From contig OZ244207.1 in assembly GCA_965216875.1 (NCBI GenBank), positions 4,544,001-4,608,000 of the forward strand: 64,000 bases of DNA. Direction: 5' to 3'. Each line of letters opens with the position of its first letter. Within the stretch, counting starts at the first letter, position 1. The position numbers and the translations under genes are program-made. Shown here one piece after another: positions 9,266-20,814 of this stretch. Under the pieces are notes generated by a model that saw nothing but the letters and a program-made list of their open reading frames with translations, was not told the origin of the DNA and did no database searches. Source of the stretch: Rubripirellula sp. (GTDB lineage Bacteria > Planctomycetota > Planctomycetia > Pirellulales > Pirellulaceae).

Positions 9266-10366
9266 ATGCACGAAGACCTTCTTGGCTATTTGCTTGGCGC
9301 CTTAGAACCACACGAAATGGAACGGGTTGCGCAGATGTTGCGCGACGATCCAGCGGCACGGGAAGAGCTCGAAAGGATCGAGGCGTCGCTCAAACCACTC
9401 GAAGACAATTACCAGCCGGTCGAGCCACCACCGAGTGATTTGGTGGAACGAACGCTCGCCAGTTTGCCGCCGCTGCCGCCTATGGAACCAGTAGACGGCG
9501 AGGCCTCTGTAGGCGTCGAAGCTGGTGACGCACTCGATGCCGCGATCGCGGGCGCCGGTCCCGAACAAAATGGTGTTGGGCCCGAACAAGATGGCGTGTC
9601 GCTCGCACCGATGCAGGATGCCGTCGAAGGTCCCAAGAACCCATCTGCCGCATGGGTTGACTGGGCCAGTGGAGCCGTTGCCGGCGCAGTCCTGTTGGGT
9701 CTGCTGTTGCCTTCGCTCGCTCAGGGTCGAATGGAAGCACGCAAGACTCAGTGCCAAGACAACCTTCGCCAACAATCAACTTCGATTACCGAGTTCGTCA
9801 ATCGCGACGCACAACACCGATTGCCGGCGGTTGCCCAAGAGGGCCCCGAAGCGTTTGCAGGCGTCTATGCGATGCGGTTGCGCGAAGCGGGTTTGTTGCC
9901 AAACGATTCTGTCCGCTGGTGCCCAACCAACCAACGTCCGGAAGGAGATGCCGCGAAACTTGTTTCACTGCAGACCTTACGCAGCGCTGGTGTCGACAAG
10001 CTTCGCGAGTACCAACGTTTTGCCGGTGGTCACTATGCCTTCACGCTCGGTGTGATCGACCAAGATGGATTCCGACCGCCGAAGTTCGAATCCCGCTCAT
10101 CGTTTGCCATCATGTCTGACGCGCCACTTACCGGCGTTTCGAGCGATGGAAAAGTCCAAGCCGAGCGGATTGGCCACGGCGGATACGGCATCAATGTTCT
10201 GTTCGAAGATGGGCGTGTCGAATTCATTGCGTTGGAATCACTCGACTCGATGCGCGACCATCCGCTGCTGAACCATCGAGGGCAAGTTGAGGCAGGCGTT
10301 AACGTCGACGACGCAACGCTCGCGCCAAGCTGGTACCCACCCTTCATTGAAGTCAAACAGCGCTAG
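9266..10366 (+). CDS. Putative anti-sigma factor with C-terminal DUF1559-like / H-X9-DG domain
   Basis: N-terminal EDLLGYLLGALEPHE anti-sigma-like helix; TM LLGLLLPSLAQGRMEARKTQCQDNLRQ; HGGYGINVLFEDG; directly downstream of the ECF sigma gene. Confidence 0.7.
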   Translation: MHEDLLGYLLGALEPHEMERVAQMLRDDPAAREELERIEASLKPLEDNYQPVEPPPSDLVERTLASLPPLPPMEPVDGEASVGVEAGDALDAAIAGAGPEQNGVGPEQDGVSLAPMQDAVEGPKNPSAAWVDWASGAVAGAVLLGLLLPSLAQGRMEARKTQCQDNLRQQSTSITEFVNRDAQHRLPAVAQEGPEAFAGVYAMRLREAGLLPNDSVRWCPTNQRPEGDAAKLVSLQTLRSAGVDKLREYQRFAGGHYAFTLGVIDQDGFRPPKFESRSSFAIMSDAPLTGVSSDGKVQAERIGHGGYGINVLFEDGRVEFIALESLDSMRDHPLLNHRGQVEAGVNVDDATLAPSWYPPFIEVKQR

Positions 10367-10571
10367 TAGGCCGGATCAAGGAGCGACAGCGACGCAGATC
10401 CGGCAGTTTGCCAAGGCCCGACGCTAGCGCGTACGGCTCACGAGGGCGTAGCTACCTTCGCCAGAAGGTGGATGTGTTGCCGGACCGCCCACGTTCAAAA
10501 ACCACGCCCTGGCGAGCGTAGCTACGAGATGCGAAATACGACGAGCCGGCGGCTTGCTTGATCCGGCCTAC
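10366..10571. repeat. Nested REP cluster: GTAGGCCGGATC family outside, GTGAGCC-type REP and a GTAGCTAC doublet inside
   Basis: 10366-10406 GTAGGCCGGATCAAGG...GATCCGGCA; 10415-10441; 10448-10471 and 10502-10525 inverted pair; CTTGATCCGGCCTAC ending at 10571. Confidence 0.9.
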
Positions 10572-11140
10572 CCTTGCTTGACGATCTTGCTGATCGCTTT
10601 GAATTGCGGATGGCTTGCCGAGCCGAGCCATTCAAACATCACCGACTCGGTTGTGATGAGTGTCGCCCCAGCGTCGCGCATGCGGTCCATCGCAATTTCG
10701 TGATCCCGACCGTGACGCGCCGCCACACCTTCGGCCACCACGAAGGGGCGCATCCCCTCTGCAATCAAGTCGAGAACCGTTTGCAAGACGCACACATGGG
10801 TTTCGATGCCAATGATCACAATCTGATCGCGCCCGTCGGCCGCCCACGGATCAAGAGCATTGCGACAAACGGCTGCCGAGAAGTCGAGCTTCTCTTCGGG
10901 CTCGGGATAGTCATCGCGAAGAGACGCGTCGAGCGGACCGAGCCCCTTGGGGTATTGAACGGTCGCGGCAAATGGCACACCCAAATGCTTTGCCGCCTCG
11001 GTGAGGCGTAGGGCTTGCCGCAGAACGTTGTCACCCGACGGAATCACGGGCAACAGTTTCTCTTGAAGGTCGATCACCAACAGCGAGGATCGACTCGCCG
11101 AAAGTCTTTGGTAAGAGGCGACGTGTGGCACGACGATCAA
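10568..11140 (-). CDS. Isochorismatase-family hydrolase
   Basis: LLVIDLQEKL, QYPKGLG, EKLDFSA, GIETHVCVLQT, TTESVMFEW. Confidence 0.9.
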   Translation of the reverse strand: MIVVPHVASYQRLSASRSSLLVIDLQEKLLPVIPSGDNVLRQALRLTEAAKHLGVPFAATVQYPKGLGPLDASLRDDYPEPEEKLDFSAAVCRNALDPWAADGRDQIVIIGIETHVCVLQTVLDLIAEGMRPFVVAEGVAARHGRDHEIAMDRMRDAGATLITTESVMFEWLGSASHPQFKAISKIVKQG

Positions 11141-11433
11141 TCGCCTGATGACTTTTTCTTCGACGACTTGCTGTCCGATTTCGAAGACGAATCGCTTGAA
11201 CTCGACTCGCTCGCCTTCTTATCGGCGCTCGCTGCTTTCTTGTAGCCTTCGCTACGATAGTCGGTTTGGTAGAAACCGCTTCCCTTGAAAACGATCGCAG
11301 CGCCAGCACCAAATTGCCGCCGCAACTTGTTCTTGCCACACTCGGGGCATTTCTTTTTCAGTGGATCGTTGATCCCTTGAAACACTTCCAGCTCGTGGCC
11401 GCAAGCTTCGCATTCGTAATCGTAAGTTGGCAT
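11137..11433 (-). CDS. FmdB-family zinc-ribbon protein
   Basis: MPTYDYECEACGH...CPECG...FKGSGFYQTDY; Ser/Lys-rich tail. Confidence 0.9.
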   Translation of the reverse strand: MPTYDYECEACGHELEVFQGINDPLKKKCPECGKNKLRRQFGAGAAIVFKGSGFYQTDYRSEGYKKAASADKKASESSSSDSSSKSDSKSSKKKSSGD

Positions 11434-11533
11434 AGGTTGATTCTCCTCAAGGAATCTCGTCGCTTCGACGCGCCTCTTCGCGAGGCCGCCGCACTACCGG
11501 GCAGCCCCATTCATCACGAGGCAGCCCCGTTCA

Positions 11534-12109
11534 TCACGAGGCAGCTGGGCCGCTGCTGACGACAACTTGACTGGGTCGCACCACGCGATCATGCATTTGA
11601 AAGCCGGTCACAGCAACGTGAGCGACCATGCCTTCGGCGAACTCGTCGCTTGGCATCTGCGAAATGGCTTCGTGAAAATTGGGATCAAACAATTCGCCTG
11701 CTGCAGGGATCTCTTTCACACCATACTTGCCGAGCGTGTCGTCGAGCTGCTTGGCAACGATTTCGACGCCCTCGCGAAGTCCCGCTGCGTCTTCGGAAGA
11801 CTCCGATGCTTCAATCGCGCGAATCAGGTTATCACGCACTTGAAGCAGGTCGGTCACCATCGGTACCGCGGCGTACTTGAGCTGATCCTCGAGATCGCGA
11901 CGCATTCGCTTGCGAAAGTTCTCTGCTTCAGCTTGTGCAAGCAGCACACGTTTGTCGGCAAGGTCGGCCGTTTCGCGCAACCGCTCCATCTCTTCGTCGC
12001 GTGTCTCTTCGACTTCGACGTTTTCGTTCTCATCAACGACGTCAGTTTGTTCGGCAACCGGTTCGAAATCGGGTTCTTCTTGCGGCTGGCCTTGAGCTTC
12101 TTCGTTCAT
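11534..12109 (-). CDS. grpE: Nucleotide exchange factor GrpE
   Basis: AEAENFRKR, FDPNFHEAI, GFQMHDRVVRPSQVVVS. Confidence 0.97.
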   Translation of the reverse strand: MNEEAQGQPQEEPDFEPVAEQTDVVDENENVEVEETRDEEMERLRETADLADKRVLLAQAEAENFRKRMRRDLEDQLKYAAVPMVTDLLQVRDNLIRAIEASESSEDAAGLREGVEIVAKQLDDTLGKYGVKEIPAAGELFDPNFHEAISQMPSDEFAEGMVAHVAVTGFQMHDRVVRPSQVVVSSGPAAS

Positions 12110-13257
12110 CAGTTCACTCGTTCTTGAGGCTGAGGATCAGCGTCAAAAAAGTCACGTAGTTTGTCCAGGAAAGATTTTCGATGCGGCAAGACCGCATCAT
12201 GATCAAGTTCAGCAAGTTCGCGTAGCAAACGCTCCTGTTCGGCCGAAACCTTTTTCGGCACTTCGATAAAGACCTGAACCAACAGGTCCCCAGGGCGACC
12301 ACCACGAGGATCCATGACCCCCATGCCCTTGATCGTAAAGACGTCTCCATTCTGCGTGCCCGCTTCCACGCGCAAAGTGTGACGCCCGTCGAGCGTTGGC
12401 ACCTCGATCTCGGCACCGAGTGCGGCTTGCGAATAGGAGATCGGCAATTGCAAAATCAGATGTTTGCCATCACGCTTGAACAATTCGTGAGGCTTGACCG
12501 AGATAAAGCAGTAGCAGTCGCCAACAGGACCACCGTCCGGACTCGCTTCGCCTTCGCCCTGGACGCGAACTCGCATCCCATCGTCGACTCCAGCGGGAAT
12601 CGTCACGGTCAATTCAGCACGTTCGTTTTGCAAACCCGATCCGCGGCAATCGTCGCAAGGCTGACTGATTCGTTGGCCGGTTCCCGAACAGTGGGGGCAA
12701 GCGGTTTGGACTCGCAAGATCCCCGCCGATTGAATCACCTGTCCTTGACCGCCACACGTCTCACAGGTGGTCGGCTTGCTACCGGGCGCGGCACCGTTAC
12801 CTTCGCAGGTTCCGCATTGCACGCGACGACGGAAAGAGATGTCCTTTTCGACACCGCGCGCGGCTTCTTCGAGTGTGAGTGTGACATCACAGCGAATGTC
12901 CGCACCCCGGCGCTGACGGCGACGTCGCCCGCCACCGCGACCACCGAAGAGGTCACCAAACATACCGCCGCCGAACAAATCACCGAATGCTTCGAAGATA
13001 TCTTCGACATCGTTGAATTGGTGTACGCCATCAACGCCCGCGTGGCCATGGCGATCGTAGCGTTCGCGTTTCTCGGCATCGCTCAAGACCTCATAGGCCT
13101 CGGTTGCCTCTTTAAACTTCTCGACGGCGTCTTCGTCGTCCCGGTTACTGTCGGGATGGTACTTGATCGCAAGTTTGCGGTAGGCGCGATCGATCTCTGC
13201 TTTTTGCGCAGTCCGTTCGACACGCAGGACTTCGTAGTAGCAGGTTTTCTCGGCCAT
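12109..13257 (-). CDS. dnaJ: Chaperone DnaJ
   Basis: J domain with HPD, G/F region, four CxxCxGxG repeats; start at ATG 13257 (MAEKT). Confidence 0.97.
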   Translation of the reverse strand: MAEKTCYYEVLRVERTAQKAEIDRAYRKLAIKYHPDSNRDDEDAVEKFKEATEAYEVLSDAEKRERYDRHGHAGVDGVHQFNDVEDIFEAFGDLFGGGMFGDLFGGRGGGRRRRQRRGADIRCDVTLTLEEAARGVEKDISFRRRVQCGTCEGNGAAPGSKPTTCETCGGQGQVIQSAGILRVQTACPHCSGTGQRISQPCDDCRGSGLQNERAELTVTIPAGVDDGMRVRVQGEGEASPDGGPVGDCYCFISVKPHELFKRDGKHLILQLPISYSQAALGAEIEVPTLDGRHTLRVEAGTQNGDVFTIKGMGVMDPRGGRPGDLLVQVFIEVPKKVSAEQERLLRELAELDHDAVLPHRKSFLDKLRDFFDADPQPQERVN

Positions 13258-13352
13258 GATCGATTCGATGCCTTCGCCCCGTTTCCATGGTTGGTCCACC
13301 TAATGACATCGGCAAACCGCGGGGACTTTAAAAAGCGAGATTCGTAACATTC

Positions 13353-13385
13353 AAAACGGGCCGCGCGCCAAAGCGAGCGACCCGT
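13353..13385 (-). terminator. Probable intrinsic terminator/attenuator between groEL and dnaJ
   Basis: Minus strand CGGGTCGCTCGC-TTTG-GCGCGCGGCCCG followed by TTTT. Confidence 0.55.
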
Positions 13386-13418
13386 GCAATTATCAACCTT
13401 TGGGGTAGGGCCACCGCC

Positions 13419-15038
13419 CTACGAAACGACGCCTTCGATCGCCTGCTTGCCTTTGTCCTCGTCTTCGAGGTTGGTCACAAGTGCTTCGGTCGTCAGGAGC
13501 AAACCGGCGATACTGCCAGCGTTTGCAAGTGCCGTACGGCAAACCTTGACCGGATCGATCACACCTGCTTTGAACAGGTCGCAGTATTCGCCGGTGTGAG
13601 CGTTGTAGCCGATGTTGCCATTCTTTTGACTGACTTCATCCACCACGACGCTGCCGTCGATGCCGCCGTTGTCAGCAATCTGACGCATGGGAGCATCGAG
13701 AGCCCCCAACACGATTTCGACGCCGATCTTTTCGTCGCCCTTGGCTTTCTTCTTTGCCTCTTCGACGGCTTCGCGGCAGCGAACCAAAGCAACACCACCA
13801 CCGGGCAGGATGCCTTCTTCAACCGCAGCGCGGGTCGCGTGCAAAGCGTCTTCCAAACGAGCCTTGGTTTGCTTCATCTCTGCTTCGGTTTCGGCACCGA
13901 CGCTGATCACAGCAACACCGCCGGCGAGCTTCGCCAAACGCTCTTGGAACTTTTCCTTGTCGTAGTCGCTATCGGTCTGATCGATTTGAGCACGGATCTG
14001 ATCGACACGCTTCTTGACTTCGCCGCTCTTTCCAGCACCTTCGACAATCGTCGTGTTGCTCTTGTCGACGGTAACCTTCTTAGCGCGACCGAGGTGCTCG
14101 AGAGTGATGTTTTCGAGCTGGATGCCCAAGTCATCGCTGATCAGCGTACCGCCGGTCAACGTTGCGATGTCGCCAAGCATTGCTTTGCGGCGATCGCCAA
14201 AACCAGGAGCCTTGACAGCAGCAACGTTGAGTGTGCCACGCAACTTGTTGACGACCAACAAAGTCAACGCTTCGGCGTCGACATCTTCGGCGATGATCAA
14301 CAGAGGTTGGCCGGTTTGAGCCGACTTTTCGAGCAGTGGAACGAGGTCGCGAATGTTGCTGATCTTCTTTTCGTAAAGAAGAATCAACGCGTTCTCAAGA
14401 TTCGCTTCCATCGTGCCGGGATCGGTGATGAAGTAAGGCGAGATGTAACCTTTGTCGAATTGCATCCCGTCGACGTAGCTGACGTCGGTGTCACGGGTTT
14501 TGCCTTCTTCGACAGTGATCACACCATCTTTGCCAACTCGCTCAAGCGCGTCGGCGAGCAGGCCACCGATTTCATCGTCGTTGTTGGCCGAGATGGCGCC
14601 AACGTTAGCGACTTGTTGCTTGTCTTTGACCGGCTTGCCCATTTCGATCAGCTTTTCCGACGCAGCGGCAACCGCTTTGTCGATACCGCGACGAATGGCA
14701 GCTGGGTTCGAGCCAGCAACGATGTTTCGCAAACCTTCTTTGAAGATGGCTCGAGCCAGGACGGTCGCCGTCGTCGTTCCGTCACCAGCCAAATCGCTGG
14801 TCTTTTGAGCGACTTCGATCACGAGCTTGGCGCCCATGTTTTCGAAGCGGTCTTCCAGTTCGATTTCCTTTGCAACGGTCACGCCGTCTTTGGTCACGGT
14901 TGGGCCACCGAACGACTTGTCGATGATCACATTACGACCGGTCGGGCCCATCGTCACGGCAACGGCGTTGGCCAGCTTGTCGACACCGGCCATCATGCGA
15001 GCTCGCGCGTGGTCGTCAAAAAGCAATTGTTTTGCCAC
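13419..15038 (-). CDS. groEL: Chaperonin GroEL (no GGM tail)
   Basis: [35 protein letters not shown]. Confidence 0.98.
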   Translation of the reverse strand: MAKQLLFDDHARARMMAGVDKLANAVAVTMGPTGRNVIIDKSFGGPTVTKDGVTVAKEIELEDRFENMGAKLVIEVAQKTSDLAGDGTTTATVLARAIFKEGLRNIVAGSNPAAIRRGIDKAVAAASEKLIEMGKPVKDKQQVANVGAISANNDDEIGGLLADALERVGKDGVITVEEGKTRDTDVSYVDGMQFDKGYISPYFITDPGTMEANLENALILLYEKKISNIRDLVPLLEKSAQTGQPLLIIAEDVDAEALTLLVVNKLRGTLNVAAVKAPGFGDRRKAMLGDIATLTGGTLISDDLGIQLENITLEHLGRAKKVTVDKSNTTIVEGAGKSGEVKKRVDQIRAQIDQTDSDYDKEKFQERLAKLAGGVAVISVGAETEAEMKQTKARLEDALHATRAAVEEGILPGGGVALVRCREAVEEAKKKAKGDEKIGVEIVLGALDAPMRQIADNGGIDGSVVVDEVSQKNGNIGYNAHTGEYCDLFKAGVIDPVKVCRTALANAGSIAGLLLTTEALVTNLEDEDKGKQAIEGVVS

Positions 15039-15105
15039 GAGTGTGTTCCTCTATGTGTTGGTTGTTCGTTGTTTCGCGTTCGAAGATCTGCAGGTCCAAT
15101 TCGAC

Positions 15106-15402
15106 CTACAGCACCTTTGCCAGGATGTCGCTTTCGCGAAGGATCTTCATTTCCTGACCACCGACTTCGATGTCGCTTCCGCCGTACTTGCCGTAGATCA
15201 CGGTGTCACCGACTGAAACACTCAATTCACCTCGGTTGCCGCTGTCGAGCAGACGTCCAGGGCCAACGGCAACAACGGTGCCGCGCTGTGGCTTTTCTTG
15301 AGCCGAGTCGGGAAGCACGATGCCACCAGCGGTGGTCGATTCTGCTTCGGAAGGTTGGACGACGACGCGATCATCAAGAGGACGCAAGTTAACTTTTGCC
15401 AT
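15106..15402 (-). CDS. groES: Co-chaperonin GroES
   Basis: [32 protein letters not shown]. Confidence 0.98.
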   Translation of the reverse strand: MAKVNLRPLDDRVVVQPSEAESTTAGGIVLPDSAQEKPQRGTVVAVGPGRLLDSGNRGELSVSVGDTVIYGKYGGSDIEVGGQEMKILRESDILAKVL

Positions 15403-15510
15403 GATTCTTTGATTCTTTATGAATGATTGGTGATTTGGTTTGGTTGAGTCGCAGTTGCTACTGCTGTCGCCGGCACCTCGGCGCCGGCGACGATTTGGTC
15501 CGTGGTTGGC

Positions 15511-17334
<1,824 letters not shown>

Positions 17335-17395
17335 TCAGGTCATTGATTTGGTCGATATGCACCGGTGGCAGGGGCCATCGACAGGGCCTCTCTTC

Positions 17396-17412
17396 AGCAA
17401 TCGCTGTGCCGG
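17396..17412 (-). promoter_or_regulatory. Putative sigma54 (-24/-12) promoter of the chaperone operon
   Basis: Minus strand CCGGCACAGCGATTGCT = GG-N10-GC with near-consensus GGCAC and TTGC. Confidence 0.65.
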
Positions 17413-17499
17413 AACGAAAAGATCGGATCGCAAGTCGTTTGAAGACAATCACTTACAAACCGAAAAAAACCGCCCAAGGGCATGCCGCCCCCGCCCTCG

Positions 17500-17512
17500 T
17501 GCCACCTTGGCA
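17500..17512. promoter_or_regulatory. Palindrome TGCCA-N3-TGGCA, candidate enhancer site
   Basis: TGCCACCTTGGCA about 90 bp upstream of the sigma54 site. Confidence 0.4.
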
Positions 17513-17593
17513 GACGTTCGTGGGCTGGGCGCTGGCTTTGGGCTTACCGTGCCATGAAGTGAAGTGATTGCCCAGGTTAACGCGTGCTCCAAC

Positions 17594-17747
17594 AATCACC
17601 CTCCCGCTTGCGGGAGGGTCGGACGCAAAGTCCGGGGAGGGAATAGCCCTCTCCGGGCCTTAGAGCCCGACTCTCCCAAGGGAGAGTGTTTTCGAGACGC
17701 GCGGTTTCGAAGCCTAGTGGAAGCGAAATTGCAATCCGCAGCGCTAG
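17594..17747. repeat. Multi-hairpin repeat (CACCCTCCC...GGGAGGGT family) plus one arm of the CTAG-ended element
   Basis: Five tandem hairpins at ~17598-17687; first one repeated at ~19783-19806; GTGGAAGCGAAATTGCAATCCGCAGCGCTAG (17717-17747) matches 23224-23254. Confidence 0.8.
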
Positions 17748-17982
17748 TCACTTAGTGTCCCTACGCCGCAGGTCGAATCGGCACAATCGATACCGTCCGC
17801 AGGGAATCGGCGGAAAACCTTAGCAACCCCATGATGTTCGCTAATGTTTTGTTGACCCAAGGCTTGCTGAGGCGTCCACTTGCATCGGAGTCTCTTTGCG
17901 CAGCAACTCGATTGCGCAGGTGAGTGCCTGAGAACGGCACCAGAGGCAAACAAACACCAACTCCATTGCACGGGACCCGCGG

Positions 17983-19764
17983 ATGCTCACGCGACAACTG
18001 TTGACCTGTTTCACGACCTTGATGCTGGGCGCCACCCTCATCGAACCTGTTTCGGCAGGTTGCCTTGGTCGCTTGTTCGGTCGCCGCGACGCTTACGTTG
18101 CCCAATCACCGGCCGTTCCTGCTCCGTATGTGGCCCAGTACGCGCCCAGCCAGGTGATCCTGCCAAGCAACCCACGAGACCTCCCGCTCGTGCCTCGGCA
18201 GCAGAACGGGGTCTATCAAGCGCAGCGTCCCGCCTACGGCCAACAGACGCCGATCTTTATTAACAACCAGCCGATCTACGCAAACAACCCATCGGTCTAC
18301 ACCGGTCGCCCCGTGATCGCGGGCAGTGCAGCGGCCGCACCGATCATGTCCCAACCAACGCTGATCGGCCCGGGTAATGTCCAAACATCCTACAGCGTTC
18401 CGATCGTCACACCGGCACCACGAGCAACGTCGAACGTTCCACTTGCTTCGACGATGCGCGGCAACGTCGCCGTGACCGCGCCGATCATCACGTCGGAAAC
18501 TTACCAAGCCAACTACGCTCAAGCGCCGATCACACCAGCCCCCATCACGGCTCCGGCTCCCATTACAGGGACTCCACCGAGTGCACTTTCGGCAGCGCCC
18601 GTTGCGCCACTTTACGTGACGCCGCAGCCGCAACCTCAACAACGAGGCGGTTTGTCACGTTTCTTTGGCTCGATCCTCGGCACGAACTACCGCAGTTCTT
18701 ACTACCGAGCGCCGATCACTTACTACCGCCCCGTTACCACGGTTGACCCGGTCACTGGCACGACCGTGACGGTGCAACGCCCCTGCACGTCCTACGTTCA
18801 ACGATTGCAACGAACGCCGTATGTCACGATTCAGCGACCCCTGCAACAACCGGCGCCTTGCCCAGCACCCGCGGCGTGCGCTCCCAACGGCTGCTCAACG
18901 ACGATCTACAGCACACCGGCATACAGCGCACCGGCCTACGGTACACCGGCACCCTTAGGCGCCGTCACCAGTCCGCCAACCTATGGCCAGGGAACGATTG
19001 GACAAGTCGGTGGCATGATGCAGCCGGGCGTTCACTCGGTTTCGCCGATTCCATCCACCGCACCTGGTTACCCGCCCGCAACGTCACCTTCCAACGCCTA
19101 CCCGCCAGCGGGCCAAGGTGGTGGTGGAGACTTAGCGCCGGTGGATCGTCCCGCGCTGCCAGCAGCCCCCCTTTCCAACCGCCCGCCCGTCGGATCGTCG
19201 CCCGCTCCGTCGGCAACCAACCCGGCGGCCGCACCCGCACCATCGCCCGCTGCGACTCAGCCACCGGCACCGCAACCCGATGCCGCACCCAATGCAAAGC
19301 CATCGGAGTCTTATTGGGACCTGAAGGACGCGGCCAATTCGACCGTTCAACAGTCGCGGCCGCCGCAGCAACCCCTTCCGGATCCAACGAGCATCACGTC
19401 GCAGTCGCCCGTGTCGGCGGCAAATGGGGTCGCACCCATTCGAGCTCCTGAAGATTACCGGTCACCGTTTGATAACCAAACTCGCGCGCCGATCCCACGG
19501 ACTCAATCACCCGCGCTGTTGCCATCGACGCAACCGAACGATCGTCTGCAAGCACCTCCGTTGTTGCCGCGACGACAATCGAGCCCGGCCGACAAATGGA
19601 GCCGTCCTTTCAACTCGGACGACGCCAATGTGACAAGTGTTTCGACACCTGTTAGTGTTCACGTCCGTGATGCCGCGATGACACACAATCGCAAGTTCCA
19701 GCCTGCACCGATCGAGCAGAAGCGTCCCTACCGAGACAACCTCGGCTGGGAACCCATTCGATAA
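17983..19764 (+). CDS. Exported Pro/Ala/Thr-rich hypothetical protein
   Basis: Signal peptide; low complexity; central Y/T/V-rich segment YYRAPITYYRPVTTVDPVTGTTVTVQRPCTSY. Confidence 0.75.
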   Translation: MLTRQLLTCFTTLMLGATLIEPVSAGCLGRLFGRRDAYVAQSPAVPAPYVAQYAPSQVILPSNPRDLPLVPRQQNGVYQAQRPAYGQQTPIFINNQPIYANNPSVYTGRPVIAGSAAAAPIMSQPTLIGPGNVQTSYSVPIVTPAPRATSNVPLASTMRGNVAVTAPIITSETYQANYAQAPITPAPITAPAPITGTPPSALSAAPVAPLYVTPQPQPQQRGGLSRFFGSILGTNYRSSYYRAPITYYRPVTTVDPVTGTTVTVQRPCTSYVQRLQRTPYVTIQRPLQQPAPCPAPAACAPNGCSTTIYSTPAYSAPAYGTPAPLGAVTSPPTYGQGTIGQVGGMMQPGVHSVSPIPSTAPGYPPATSPSNAYPPAGQGGGGDLAPVDRPALPAAPLSNRPPVGSSPAPSATNPAAAPAPSPAATQPPAPQPDAAPNAKPSESYWDLKDAANSTVQQSRPPQQPLPDPTSITSQSPVSAANGVAPIRAPEDYRSPFDNQTRAPIPRTQSPALLPSTQPNDRLQAPPLLPRRQSSPADKWSRPFNSDDANVTSVSTPVSVHVRDAAMTHNRKFQPAPIEQKRPYRDNLGWEPIR

Positions 19765-19780
19765 GAGGCGTCGGTGCGGG

Positions 19781-19975
19781 AATCACCCTCCCACTTGTGG
19801 GAGGGTGGCAGCCGGATGCATGACACTTAGAGCTAGATGCACCAGTAGGCCATGCTTTGCATGACACCCGACTGGAATCCTTCTGGCAAACGTCGCTAAG
19901 ATCGACTTGTGCCGGATCTGCGTCGCTGTCGCTCCTTGATCCGGCCTACAGCTGTCGCTCTTTGATCCGGCCTAC
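19781..19975. repeat. REP cluster between convergent genes
   Basis: CACCCTCCCACTTGTGGGAGGGTG; GTAGGCCATGCTTTGCATGAC; GCCGGATCTGCGTCGCTGTCGCTCCTTGATCCGGCCTAC (19911-19949) plus a partial duplicate to 19975. Confidence 0.85.
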
Positions 19976-20814
19976 AGCAACTGACAGTGTTGCAAGATTT
20001 CGTCGGCGGTTGCTTTGTAGCCAACATAGAACGGGCCAAACTCGGCGTACTTCGCGCTCGCTTTGTCAAAACGCATCTTGTAGACGATCTCTTTCAAATA
20101 CTCCGGGTTGCGTGCCCATAGCGTCACCATCCACTCCCAGTCATCAAGGCCGACGCCGACGGAGATCAACTGGCTCACCCGCCCAGCGAACGCGATGCCG
20201 CTCTGCGCATGTTCGGCCATCATCGAATTGCGGCTGCTAAAGGGTTCCATGAACCAGTTTGCGCCCGGCACGCGACTCTTGTTCATCGGATAAAAACAAG
20301 CCGCCGGCCACTCCGGAAACTCGGGTCGCAAACGTTGCTCGTTCATCATGGGCAAGCGACGCTCGTAGGCTGTCACCTTCGCAGCCAATTCATCCGAGCC
20401 TGGATCTGCGCCGCCAGCGATCAACTTGTCGCGGAACCGCTCCACGGTCGGAACGTACTCGCTCACTTCACTCATCGAAACGAACGACCACTCAGGTTTC
20501 ACGTAGCGTCCCAGGCCAGGCGCCATGATCTTTTGGTGAATCGCATCGACCTTGCCTGGGTCCGGATCCATCACCATCACGCCAAAGTCGGCACGATGCC
20601 CGCTCGTCCAGTAAGCGGACAACCGTTCTGGGGCATCATCCCCCTCGCCACTGAGCGCGACGCGAAACTGTTCGCAGCAGGCCGCATCGAGTGGACCACC
20701 AAGTTGCCCGCGGTCAAATCGATAGAAGTAATGTCCGGTATGCCAACCGTTTTCGGGAACAACAGAAGGCTCGGGCAGCGGTTGCTGTGATTGTCCTGGG
20801 TGAGGTCGATTCAT
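19972..20814 (-). CDS. hemQ: Coproheme decarboxylase (HemQ/ChdC, chlorite dismutase family)
   Basis: FYPMNK (Y-x-M-x-K), proximal His in AEHAQSG, GLDDWEW, MRFD...YAEFGPFYVG. Confidence 0.85.
   Translation of the reverse strand: MNRPHPGQSQQPLPEPSVVPENGWHTGHYFYRFDRGQLGGPLDAACCEQFRVALSGEGDDAPERLSAYWTSGHRADFGVMVMDPDPGKVDAIHQKIMAPGLGRYVKPEWSFVSMSEVSEYVPTVERFRDKLIAGGADPGSDELAAKVTAYERRLPMMNEQRLRPEFPEWPAACFYPMNKSRVPGANWFMEPFSSRNSMMAEHAQSGIAFAGRVSQLISVGVGLDDWEWMVTLWARNPEYLKEIVYKMRFDKASAKYAEFGPFYVGYKATADEILQHCQLL

Noticed and set aside
9557..9598. 21-bp tandem duplication (GPEQNGV/GPEQDGV) in the anti-sigma linker
   Set aside because: In frame, in a disordered linker; probably neutral
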